A stretch of 64,000 bases of DNA. Origin: Pseudobdellovibrionaceae bacterium (GTDB lineage Bacteria > Bdellovibrionota > Bdellovibrionia > Bdellovibrionales > Bdellovibrionaceae). Below the pieces are notes generated by a model that saw only the letters and a program-made list of their open reading frames with translations, was not told the DNA's origin and did no database searches. The position numbers and the translations under genes are program-made. Location: contig JBIIER010000016.1 in NCBI GenBank assembly GCA_044237745.1, forward strand, positions 1,053 through 65,052, given 5' to 3'. This document shows, piece by piece, positions 9,919 to 18,947 of this stretch. How positions within the stretch are numbered: position 1 is the first letter of the stretch; every line of letters starts with the position of its first letter.

Positions 9919-11651
9919 CCAAGTTTTTTATTGATCACTTGGCACCAGTTAAAAGCTTCACCTAAGCAGGTTTCTATTGCTGGAGTGACCCAATTATCTT
10001 GCTCAACAAAATACACCCGATCAGCAAAAGGTTGGAAGGCCTTATCAACGATTTTTTGAGCAATCATCCCTGGTTTTGCCACAGGCATTGGATGTCCCCA
10101 TCGGGCAATTCTGAGTTCTTCGACATCATTTGAACTCAAGCCTAAAGCTGGAAGAATTTGTTCATTGATTTGTTGTTGGAATTCTTTATTGTAATCTTCC
10201 CAACTTTTATCTGAAAGAATTGTGGCTCTGGCACCTGTAAAAGGAAAGCCTCGATACAGAGTCAAAATCCCCTGATTTTTGGTTTTACAAGCATAGTTAG
10301 CAAACACCACATCTGTGACTTTGTGATTGAGAGTCGATTCAGTAATATCCTCAGTGTTTACTTTTCCGTCTCCTAAAAGATAAAGGTCATAGTAATCTTG
10401 AGAGATTTCTTTATCGAGCAGCACATTAGCCACTAAATAACTATTATAAGAAAATTTTTGAAGAGCTTGTAGACGCTCAGGCTCTAAATCTTGCAATATA
10501 TGTTTCACTACAAATTTTGGACAAGCCATGACCACGTATTCTGCTTCAATGGCCTTAATCTCACCAGCTGTTTCGTAATAAACAGCCACACAATTTTTTT
10601 CGACTTTGACTTTAAAGACTAAAGATTGAGCTCTAAAATTATCAACATGAATTTGATCTAAAGACTTCTCCATGATGTGCTCTGCTATGCGGGCATTTCC
10701 ACCTGCAGCCACATAAACTTTACCGAATTCAGCAGCAAACGCATTGAGTGCCACCGCCGCACTCATTTCAGACGCAGGCGTTGCAAAAGTAGACCAGCAG
10801 TAATGCTCTAGCATAGTCATAATATGCGGATGAATCCTTGGAATTTTAAGAGTCTCCTGAATATGAAAAATAAAATCTGTCGAATCTAACTTATCTACAA
10901 ATTCTCTTTCTTTACCTGGAGCTGGGGGGATTTCAGGATACTGGCGATCGTTTTTGCCTTCATTCACTTCTTTAAAATATTTTGCAAGAAATTGAAACTG
11001 ATCTTTGGCTTCAGGATCCGTTTCTCCTTCCCAAAAATTTTTCAAAATTTGGTTTTTAAATAAAATAGGATCATCTTCGTTTTTAGCTCTCACAATTGAG
11101 TAAATGCCTAAGTCTTTATAAAATTGATCTATTGGAGAGCCATCATCGGCTTCCATAAAATAAGCAGCCCCAATAGAGTAATCTAAGCCTCTCCAAGATT
11201 CTCCCTTAGCATTTCCTCCAAAACGATCGGCTCTCTCTAAAACAATAGGATTGTGTTTTTTAAGTTGATGAGCAGAAATAATTCCACTCATTCCCCCACC
11301 CACAATAACAACTTTGGTTTTTTCACGAGGAATTTGCTCAATGGTCAGATTATTTTTTTTCAAATAGGCTTCAAGACTCCATAAAACCTTGTGAGTTTTG
11401 TCGGGTTGATCTCCCGAGTACACAGCACCTAATTGTTCTCCAAGTGTGCGGTCAATGGGGTTGTAATCATAGCCTTTGGAATTTTTAAGAAGATTTTTTT
11501 TAGTCACTCTGGTGGGATCTGAGGAGGTGCTCGATGTTAAACCGCCATCTGACTTTTTAACAACTGTGGTGCAACTTAAAAGCTCTGGAATAAGAAGCAT
11601 CGATGAACTGTAACTTAACCACTTTAAAAAGACCCTGCGATTTGTAATCAT
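9915..11651 (-). CDS. Tat-exported FAD-dependent oxidoreductase (amine-oxidase/desaturase-like), probable lipoprotein
   Basis: 578 aa. Twin-arginine motif TNRRVFLK followed by LLSC. Dinucleotide-binding VVIVGGGMSGIISA ... ERADRFGGNA. Confidence 0.7.
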   Translation of the reverse strand: MITNRRVFLKWLSYSSSMLLIPELLSCTTVVKKSDGGLTSSTSSDPTRVTKKNLLKNSKGYDYNPIDRTLGEQLGAVYSGDQPDKTHKVLWSLEAYLKKNNLTIEQIPREKTKVVIVGGGMSGIISAHQLKKHNPIVLERADRFGGNAKGESWRGLDYSIGAAYFMEADDGSPIDQFYKDLGIYSIVRAKNEDDPILFKNQILKNFWEGETDPEAKDQFQFLAKYFKEVNEGKNDRQYPEIPPAPGKEREFVDKLDSTDFIFHIQETLKIPRIHPHIMTMLEHYCWSTFATPASEMSAAVALNAFAAEFGKVYVAAGGNARIAEHIMEKSLDQIHVDNFRAQSLVFKVKVEKNCVAVYYETAGEIKAIEAEYVVMACPKFVVKHILQDLEPERLQALQKFSYNSYLVANVLLDKEISQDYYDLYLLGDGKVNTEDITESTLNHKVTDVVFANYACKTKNQGILTLYRGFPFTGARATILSDKSWEDYNKEFQQQINEQILPALGLSSNDVEELRIARWGHPMPVAKPGMIAQKIVDKAFQPFADRVYFVEQDNWVTPAIETCLGEAFNWCQVINKKLG

Positions 11652-11766
11652 TTTGCATCCTTACGCTCAAGATTATTTCTGAAAACTCCTTAAAAATAAT
11701 CTCGTAACTTCAAGAATTTGTCTAGACTCCTGCCTAGCTATTCACAAGACCAAAGTCTACCCAAAG

Positions 11767-11781
11767 TGGCACCAATATTGA
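11767..11781 (+). promoter_or_regulatory. weak sigma-54-like element (TGGCAC-N5-TTGA)
   Basis: TGGCACcaataTTGA lies about 110 nt upstream of the ATG at 11893. The -24 half is perfect, but the -12 GC is replaced by GA. Confidence 0.2.
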
Positions 11782-11892
11782 ATTGTTAAGTAAAAAATCC
11801 TTGTGATTTAAAAGAGAAGACTTAATTAAGAGGCCCTTATCTGACTAAAAATCAGACAGGTGTCTAACAATTTACATTTTAGAGGGCCCACA

Positions 11893-14800
11893 ATGAAGAT
11901 TCTTTTAAATTTAACTCTATCTTTAGTTATTTTTATAAGTATTCAAAATTCTCATGCAAATTCCCATTTGCAATGCCCTCAGGTCTTCAACCGCCCCCTC
12001 AAAAATATCAAAAATCAAAAAACTGAAGTCACGGACCTCTTTACTTTTGGCCAGGCCATGACTGAAGGGATGTTGTTGCATCCCGACCAAGAAGACCTTT
12101 TTGAAATCTACAGAAAGACTTTTTTTGGCGACCCCAAGGTGTCTGTTGACAATAAAACGCTTAATGATGTTTCTGAAATCCTTAGCAAAAACCCAGAACT
12201 TAAAAAAATTCCTTTTAGAGAGTACGAAGTCTCCTCCGTTAAAAAACTCTATTCAGTTCCAGATTCGCTCTCAAAGTATGTCACTTCTCAAATTCAATCT
12301 GCCGGCAATGTGAGAAGCAACCTCCTTCAAATTGAAGCCAATATCGGTTATTGGCGCAAAATTTTAGATTACCAAGAACCGCAAATGCCCGAAGGGCTTG
12401 CAAAAGATCAGCAAAAAGAATGGTCTGCAAAAGCAAAATTTAAATTTGAGAAATATTTAAATAGAATCATTTCTAAAACAAATCGCGGTCTCTTGAGTGA
12501 TTTAAAAAATGAACAGATCGACTATGATAAAAAAGTCATTACACTTTTTAAGACTCTTGATTACCTTTCAAAATGGATGCAAACAAAAAACCGAAATACT
12601 CAACCCATCAGACAAGCCATGGTGGATCTAGTTCATACAGTCGGTTTTGGAAATCAGGCCACTTTGGCTCTTCTTAAAAGTAAAAATGGTCTCGATAAAA
12701 TTGAAGGACTTAAAAAGATTTTGGATGAAAGAGATTCCATCGCTATGGAGCTTGAGTTCCATGGGCACTTTCAAGAATTACAAAAATCTTTAAAGGTAGA
12801 TTTTCCGACGGGTCTTTCAAAAAATGAAAACCCTTCAGTAAATATTCAAAAACTAGAAAAAGAAGTATTGAACAGTCCTTTTACCAGTCTGCCTGTTGAA
12901 ACCTATAGAGTCAGAAGCCTCTCTATTCAAGAAGCCCCTTTTAGATCCTGCTTAGGAGGCTCTGATTGTTCTTCTCGAACTTATTTTAGCAAAGCCTTAG
13001 ATCCAAATTTTAATTATTTTACCATGACTGACAATGCTTCTTATTCAACGGGTCATGTGACTGTAGTTTTAGGAGAGGCCACCAATCCTAAAACCAAACA
13101 TTTAGAACCAGTTGCGTTTGTGGATAAAATTCAAAATATCCCTAATTCACAATTGCCCGTATTTTTTCAGGCCATTGCTTTAAGTCTCAATGAATACGGA
13201 TATAAACTCGGCCTTCCTGAAGATGTAGGAGATCACAATGGACTTTCTAACTTAGAAAACACTCGCGTATTTGTAAAAAATGATGTTCTCCCTCTATTGA
13301 GTCATAAACTCTCTAAGTTTAAACCCCATGCCCATAAATACAATTTTCAGAATAGATACTCTCGAGCCTACAATGACCTCAGCCTTAAAATTTACGAGCC
13401 TGTTTTAATTGATAAAGAAACAGAGATTAAGGTGGGAAGGCATTATAAAACAACTCTTGCTAAAAAAAATCTCGACAAGAATCAATTAATTACTGACTTC
13501 CTCAATCTTAAAGACTCAAAAGAATCTCAAGATGTTTTAAAATATGTTTCTAGCGGCCTGTTTATTGAGTCACTTGAAAAACTCAATTTATACACAACTG
13601 CTGAATACGAAAAAGATTTAGAAAAGATTCTTCAACGCAAAGACATTGATTTTAGCATTAAGAAACAAGCACTTTATGAATCATTTTTTGTAAACCCTTC
13701 GAGCAAAATACTTAAAAAATCTAAAAATATATTCTTAAATAAAATCAGCAGTTTTAATCAGGTTGAAAAACACCAAATAGGCTCTGAAATTAAACAATGG
13801 AGTCAGTCGTCTGATAAAAGAAAACAAATTTTTGCAGATCAGTTGAGAACCTCTTGGAACGTTGCCATTACGAAGGGTGAGCTTGAACAAGTGAAGTCCT
13901 TTATTGATCTTAATTTATTTGATGTGAATTACAAAAATGAAAATGGATTTTCTGGATTTTTAATGGCTGTAGAAGCTGAACAAAAAGCTATTATAGAATT
14001 TTTTATGAACCATCCTCAATTTAACCTCTCTGAAAAAAATGAAAATGGTCATAATCTCATTGAACAAGCTCAACTCATTGGCAAAACAAGTTTAGCAAAT
14101 GAACTTGAAAGCCAACGAAGTGATATCAAAGTTAAAAACTTTAATGTTCAAGATAAAACCACTAAGGGAAGACCCATTTTTAATTTTGTTAAAATCAATC
14201 CTGGACAATATTTTGTAGGCGATCAAAAAAAGGTGGCGGTGACCATTACCAAGCCTTTTGATTTTATGTCGACAATGACATCTCTAAAATTGTGGACAGA
14301 TGTCGTGCAACTGGCAGAACGCCACCTCTCAATTGATTATCAACTTGTTAAAGACCCCTATGCAAACCGTTTTGATGATTTTTGGTTTTCTTCTCACTAT
14401 GATTTAATTGTGTCTCAACATCAAAATAATCAAAAAGGATTGCTCTCCCATATTTTTAATAAATTTTTAAATATTGGAAATAAAACTAATCCAGATATTA
14501 TCAGAAATAACAGTGAAGACTTTGCCGTTGATTGGGTCTCACAAGTAGATATCAGTGATTGGATCAAAGCACTTAACCAGCTTTCTGAACTCAATGACCC
14601 TGTTGTTCAAATTGAGTTAGAAAAACTTTTACCCGGTCATCAGTATGGAGATAAATATGATCTGCCTACAAATGCTCAATGGGAGTATGTTGCTCGCATG
14701 AGAGGTTTAATCGCTGAACATATTTTTAGAGATCATCAAGTCTATCCAATCTATAGTGTGCAAGATCCTAAAAAATACGTTTCTACTATTTTTCCGATGG

Positions 14801-15039
14801 GTACTTTTAAACCTCTATTTATTGAGGGGCAGCCCATCTACGATATGAATTCTGAAGTTTGGGAGTTCATGAAGGACTCTTACAATCAAAACAGACCCCT
14901 TGGTGGAGTGGATCCGGGAATGGCCCATATCATTACTTCAGCCGACTACATTATTCGCAGATCTTCTGAAAGCAGTACAAAGCTTTTCAAAACTCGCGAA
15001 AACAATTTGAGTTTTCGATTGGTACGAAATCCCCGATAA
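11893..15039 (+). CDS. large secreted protein with ankyrin-like repeats and a C-terminal FGE-sulfatase (SUMF1-like, C-type-lectin fold) domain
   Basis: Start moved to the ATG at 11893 (AGAGGG SD; signal peptide MKILLNLTLSLVIFISIQNSHA). ANK-like repeats occur around NENGFSGFLMAVEAEQKAIIEFF / NENGHNLIEQAQLIG. C-terminal blocks FVKINPGQYFVGD, LPTNAQWEYVARM and SFRLVRNP are typical of FGE-sulfatase domains. Confidence 0.6.
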   Translation: MKILLNLTLSLVIFISIQNSHANSHLQCPQVFNRPLKNIKNQKTEVTDLFTFGQAMTEGMLLHPDQEDLFEIYRKTFFGDPKVSVDNKTLNDVSEILSKNPELKKIPFREYEVSSVKKLYSVPDSLSKYVTSQIQSAGNVRSNLLQIEANIGYWRKILDYQEPQMPEGLAKDQQKEWSAKAKFKFEKYLNRIISKTNRGLLSDLKNEQIDYDKKVITLFKTLDYLSKWMQTKNRNTQPIRQAMVDLVHTVGFGNQATLALLKSKNGLDKIEGLKKILDERDSIAMELEFHGHFQELQKSLKVDFPTGLSKNENPSVNIQKLEKEVLNSPFTSLPVETYRVRSLSIQEAPFRSCLGGSDCSSRTYFSKALDPNFNYFTMTDNASYSTGHVTVVLGEATNPKTKHLEPVAFVDKIQNIPNSQLPVFFQAIALSLNEYGYKLGLPEDVGDHNGLSNLENTRVFVKNDVLPLLSHKLSKFKPHAHKYNFQNRYSRAYNDLSLKIYEPVLIDKETEIKVGRHYKTTLAKKNLDKNQLITDFLNLKDSKESQDVLKYVSSGLFIESLEKLNLYTTAEYEKDLEKILQRKDIDFSIKKQALYESFFVNPSSKILKKSKNIFLNKISSFNQVEKHQIGSEIKQWSQSSDKRKQIFADQLRTSWNVAITKGELEQVKSFIDLNLFDVNYKNENGFSGFLMAVEAEQKAIIEFFMNHPQFNLSEKNENGHNLIEQAQLIGKTSLANELESQRSDIKVKNFNVQDKTTKGRPIFNFVKINPGQYFVGDQKKVAVTITKPFDFMSTMTSLKLWTDVVQLAERHLSIDYQLVKDPYANRFDDFWFSSHYDLIVSQHQNNQKGLLSHIFNKFLNIGNKTNPDIIRNNSEDFAVDWVSQVDISDWIKALNQLSELNDPVVQIELEKLLPGHQYGDKYDLPTNAQWEYVARMRGLIAEHIFRDHQVYPIYSVQDPKKYVSTIFPMGTFKPLFIEGQPIYDMNSEVWEFMKDSYNQNRPLGGVDPGMAHIITSADYIIRRSSESSTKLFKTRENNLSFRLVRNPR

Positions 15040-15076
15040 ATTTTTGTAAAATAATTTTATGGAATCCCTCATTCAA

Positions 15077-16052
15077 CTAGAGGAGTCTGAAAATCACTGA
15101 ACCATTTCCAGAATTTCCACCCGTTGTATTTGATTGATTGGTGCCTCCGTTATAGGAGCCACCTCCACCTCCTCTGTAGCCGGTATTGGTCCAAGAAGCT
15201 CCACCACCGCCTGCATAACCGCCGCCGCCGGGTGAGCTATGTCCACTTGACGCGGAACCACCACCGCCACCAAATCCTCCATTGGCTCCATCTCGACCGA
15301 CTCCTCCCGTGCCACCATTTAAAAAACTCATTCCTCCACCACTTGTTGCAGAAACTCCATCATTGGCATTACTTCCATTGGCACCATTTGAATAAAATCC
15401 TCCGCCGCCCCCAGAGGAACCATAGGTTCCACTTCCTCCTCCGGCCCCAGCAGAACCTCCAGCGCCGTTATCGTACCAAGTACCACTTACGGTTCCTAAC
15501 CCCCCGAGCTGTTTTTCCCGGAACTTCCAATATCTCCATGTGCTGCAGTATAAGTAATGGAATTGTAGGCACCGGCACCACCACCCGCAATTATTACTGG
15601 TCCATAAACATCAGTTGAAACAAAAGTGCCACCACCGGCACCATTATTATAAACAGCTGTTGAAATTCCCATTTGACCGACCATAATTCTCAGAATTTGC
15701 GATTTAGTTAAATTAAACGTACCAACCATGACTGCACCTAATCCACCACCTGCAGCACTTGTTCCCGCACCTGAAGCTCCATAAGCAGTAATTTGATAAC
15801 TGCCAGATACAGGAACAGTCCAAAGCTGAATTCCATTAGTGACGCTATAATAAAGTGGATTATTTAACCATGGATAGGGCTAGCATTATATGAGCTGATC
15901 AGCGTTGCTTGAGAAGGCCCCGTACGTCCTGTTGTTCCTGCTGAAGTAAAAGTAAAAGTTGTAAATGGATAAAGTGGGACATTAGCACCATTACCTGCAT
16001 TTCTCCCAAATCCACCAGAAGAAGCTCCACCTCTTGATCCCATTAATGGCAT
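15077..16052 (-). pseudogene. stand-alone ALK/LTK-type TNF-like + glycine-rich domain (GRD) protein, interrupted by two 1-nt frameshifts
   Basis: Three ORF fragments in three frames (16052..15864, 15863..15496, 15495..15077) join into a ~325-aa product. It contains YPFTTFTFTSAGTTGRTGPSQ, GIQLWTVPVSGSYQITAYGASG, ILRIMVGQMG, GGGTFV, VIIAGGGAG, GGFGGGGG and a terminal GSVIFRLL. AGGAG SD precedes the ATG at 16052. The breaks lie at a TT/AAA run (~15862-15869) and at a C6 tract (15500-15505). Confidence 0.7.
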
Positions 16053-16099
16053 AATATTCTCCTACTTTTTTTATATTTCTTATTAAAATATGTAAAAAT

Positions 16100-17287
16100 T
16101 TACATTGTTCCAATCTCTTCTAAAACCTGCTCGCAATCAGTATCTTTTAAGGGAATTTCAGAGTTGATCAAACTCGCAGTTCCTTTAATTTGATTTTGCA
16201 TTTTAATATCACTCACTGGTTTTTGAAGGACTTCATAAATTTTAGTTCTTTCATTGGGAGAATGATTCATTCCTGTTTCAACCACATTTTGCAATCTATG
16301 GACTCTTTGATAGAGTTCAGGATTTTTTACTTTGAGTTCTGCATATTGATCAAAATATTCATTCACCTTACTCGTTACTTGCCCATGAACTTTTTCAGTC
16401 ATGTGGGATTCATAAAATTTTGAATTATGGCGAGCTGATTGAAGTGGGCTCTCTCCTGCCATCATATTGTAAATAGAACTCGAATAAGAGTAGATATCTT
16501 GTTCGTGAGTCGCAATTGAGGACATATTGACTTCAGGTGAAGCAAAATCTTTAGTCATCCCATTAATATGAGAACCTTTTTTTACCATAAAATCATAATC
16601 AGCTAATTCAAATTCTATATCGTTAGCCGTGATCTCACTGATCCCTTTTCCACTCTGGGTAGAGTAGAGAATATTCTCGGGTTTAATGTCAGAGTGAATG
16701 AGATCATGTTTTTTAAGTGCATCAAGGGTTTGCCCACCATTTTGTGCGAATTTTTCAATGATTCCTAATTTACGTTCAAACTCTTTAGGGTTTTTTAAGG
16801 CTTCTTGAGGATCTAATTTTAAATTTGGTATTAATGAATTTGTAGACCCTTGCGCTAAATTTAAAACCACCACTCGCTCAATCTGAATAGACTCCCCTTT
16901 AACTCCGGTATTGACTGTGCACTTGAGATTCGATCCAAAAATCTTGTTAAAATGGCGAGCATCCGCAGATTTTAAGATGGGTTTTAACAACTTCTCATTA
17001 GCTTCCAATTTACCTTGTAGAGCCGCTAAGGTGCTTTTAAATGCTACCTTTTGAATGGTTCCATCGGGCAATCGAACACTGCCTTGATAAATAGAACTTG
17101 TAGCCCCCTTACCAATCGGCTCGGGATTGAATTCATAAATTTTGAGAGAGTCCGCATCTACATGAGGATTCATCGAAGTGCACCAACCAATGGGTTGATT
17201 TCCCCAAGCTATATTATCTTGCAAAAAAGAAATTAAAGACGCGAAGACAAAAAGTACATAGATGAAAGTTTTAAAATTAAGGAGCAT
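16100..17287 (-). CDS. exported/membrane-anchored eukaryotic-like (Hanks-type) Ser/Thr protein kinase
   Basis: 395 aa with N-terminal hydrophobic segment FIYVLFVFASLISFL. Kinase subdomains: IGKGATSSIYQG (Gly loop), KVAFK (Lys), LIHSDIKPENIL (catalytic loop), LADYDF (DFG position), DFASPE (APE), DIYSYSSSIY. Confidence 0.75.
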   Translation of the reverse strand: MLLNFKTFIYVLFVFASLISFLQDNIAWGNQPIGWCTSMNPHVDADSLKIYEFNPEPIGKGATSSIYQGSVRLPDGTIQKVAFKSTLAALQGKLEANEKLLKPILKSADARHFNKIFGSNLKCTVNTGVKGESIQIERVVVLNLAQGSTNSLIPNLKLDPQEALKNPKEFERKLGIIEKFAQNGGQTLDALKKHDLIHSDIKPENILYSTQSGKGISEITANDIEFELADYDFMVKKGSHINGMTKDFASPEVNMSSIATHEQDIYSYSSSIYNMMAGESPLQSARHNSKFYESHMTEKVHGQVTSKVNEYFDQYAELKVKNPELYQRVHRLQNVVETGMNHSPNERTKIYEVLQKPVSDIKMQNQIKGTASLINSEIPLKDTDCEQVLEEIGTM

Positions 17288-18947
17288 GGGAACCTTTTTT
17301 GAGGCTGAGACAAGATTTTACAAATTCGACTTTTTCTTTTTTAAAAATTGAAGACTTATTTTTAAAGCTTTGATTCTGCTCTAGGATCTCTTGAATAGAC
17401 TCATCTACAGCCAATTGGCGTTTTTTTAAATCCGCCCCCGCTCTGAAATTTTTTAATTTTTCTTCAACCCCATTCATTATTTTTTGAACTCCCAAAAGGG
17501 TGCGAGGGGATTTTTGATTCCATTGAGATATTTTTTTTGAAAACTCTTGTGTGTTTTGCCATCCATTTTGTTGAGCTTTTTTAACAAGGGCTTTGAGTCC
17601 ATTAGAGCTCATCGCTTTGCCTAAAGGAAAATCCAAAATTGCGGCTGGGGCCATGATCATTTGATGACTGAGTTCGGTTTGTTGTTTGACCACTTCTGTG
17701 TAAGATTGAATTTGCGCGCTTTGTTCTGCATTCACTTGGTCCACACGATTTTTTTGAGAGATTAAATCTTTGCCAGTTAAGCTCACGCCCACAAGTCCAC
17801 ACACAACGGGAGAGGTAAACACACAAGTCGTTGTGAGCCCAGCTACTGCCACCAGGGCCTTATTCTGCTCCTTTGATTGACATTCTTGTTCGAGGGACTC
17901 TGCAAGTCTGCAATAAGTAAGATTGGCGGGTTTTTGCGATTCCACATTTTGGGTGAGGATTTGATTAAATGCTTGGGTATGATTGTATTCACAAAGATTT
18001 ATTTTTTCGTTTTTTAATTTTTCTAAAGCTGTTTTTTGCTGCTGAGCTAAAGTGGAATAGGCTTTTTTAAGTTGAGAATCTGACAACTCATAATTTTTGG
18101 TGGGATCAGCCTCACTAAGAAGTAATTTAAGGACTGGATTTTGAGAGAGAATGTTTTGACATCTAAGTTCAAAGTTCTCTCCCACTTTTTGAACCAATTG
18201 AGGAACCTGATCATGAAAGGCCAGATTTTTAGCTGACTCAGGGAATTCTTGATAGCTCCCCTCGCTGAGTTTTTGTTCGAGATCTTGGATTTGAGTTTGT
18301 TCTTGAGATTCTAATTTAAGAATTTTTTCTGCAGTTTTTATTTCTTCATTTGTAGCTGCTGGAATATCTAGCTTTATTTTTTGAGGAATCCAAGTCAGAG
18401 GATTTTTATAGGCCCCCGATTTATTTTTAAGTGGCTCAGGGGGTTGAGATAAAATTTTAAAGGCTCTGGCGAGTTTTAAGTTTTCATGGAGAGATTTTAA
18501 TTCTTCATTTTTAAATTTTTGGCAAGCTGGATCTTGAGAGCCTTTGGCTGATTCAAAACAATTTAAATAGGTCTGAGTTTGAGCTTGCGTATAACTCCCC
18601 TGCTCTAAAATCTTTTTTTGAACTTGATCTTGCATTTGCTTAAGAATTACTTGGTCTAGAGAATTTTTAAGAGAGTCTGATACAATTTGGGTTTGAGATT
18701 GAGGATCGCAGGTGAGAACTTTTTGGAGAGGCTTTTTTAAGTTTTTTTGAGAAGACAATTGCTTAAATGTAGACTGATCCATCCATTTAAATTGATGTTT
18801 ATTACAAACGGCGTATTGAGATTCATTGAGGAGATTTGCAACCGCCGGAAGTTTTTTGTTATTCACAGCTAAAACCCTTGAGTTTAAAAACAAACTCAAA
18901 AACAAAATCAAAATGTGCAAAACTTGAAAGACTTCCTTGTATTTCAT
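17277..18947 (-). CDS. secreted Q/K-rich coiled-coil protein with an internal hydrophobic segment, function unknown
   Basis: 556 aa. Signal peptide (ILILFLSLFLNSRVLA), long Q/E/K-rich helical regions and a hydrophobic stretch ALVAVAGLTTTCVFTSPVVCGLVGVSL. Its stop overlaps the kinase start by 11 nt. Confidence 0.5.
   Translation of the reverse strand: MKYKEVFQVLHILILFLSLFLNSRVLAVNNKKLPAVANLLNESQYAVCNKHQFKWMDQSTFKQLSSQKNLKKPLQKVLTCDPQSQTQIVSDSLKNSLDQVILKQMQDQVQKKILEQGSYTQAQTQTYLNCFESAKGSQDPACQKFKNEELKSLHENLKLARAFKILSQPPEPLKNKSGAYKNPLTWIPQKIKLDIPAATNEEIKTAEKILKLESQEQTQIQDLEQKLSEGSYQEFPESAKNLAFHDQVPQLVQKVGENFELRCQNILSQNPVLKLLLSEADPTKNYELSDSQLKKAYSTLAQQQKTALEKLKNEKINLCEYNHTQAFNQILTQNVESQKPANLTYCRLAESLEQECQSKEQNKALVAVAGLTTTCVFTSPVVCGLVGVSLTGKDLISQKNRVDQVNAEQSAQIQSYTEVVKQQTELSHQMIMAPAAILDFPLGKAMSSNGLKALVKKAQQNGWQNTQEFSKKISQWNQKSPRTLLGVQKIMNGVEEKLKNFRAGADLKKRQLAVDESIQEILEQNQSFKNKSSIFKKEKVEFVKSCLSLKKGSHAP

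Noticed and set aside
14100-15076. Possibility that the C-terminal FGE-sulfatase domain is the variable protein of a diversity-generating retroelement
   Set aside because: No reverse transcriptase gene is present and I could see no template-repeat copy of the 3' end nearby. The downstream DNA is the convergent GRD gene.
15094-15618. ORFs 15094-15318(-) and 15124-15618(+), the latter encoding a His/Arg-rich 164-aa product
   Set aside because: They are alternate-frame or antisense readings of the GGN-rich glycine-domain gene. Their low-complexity composition is a by-product of Gly codon repeats, and they lack SD sequences.
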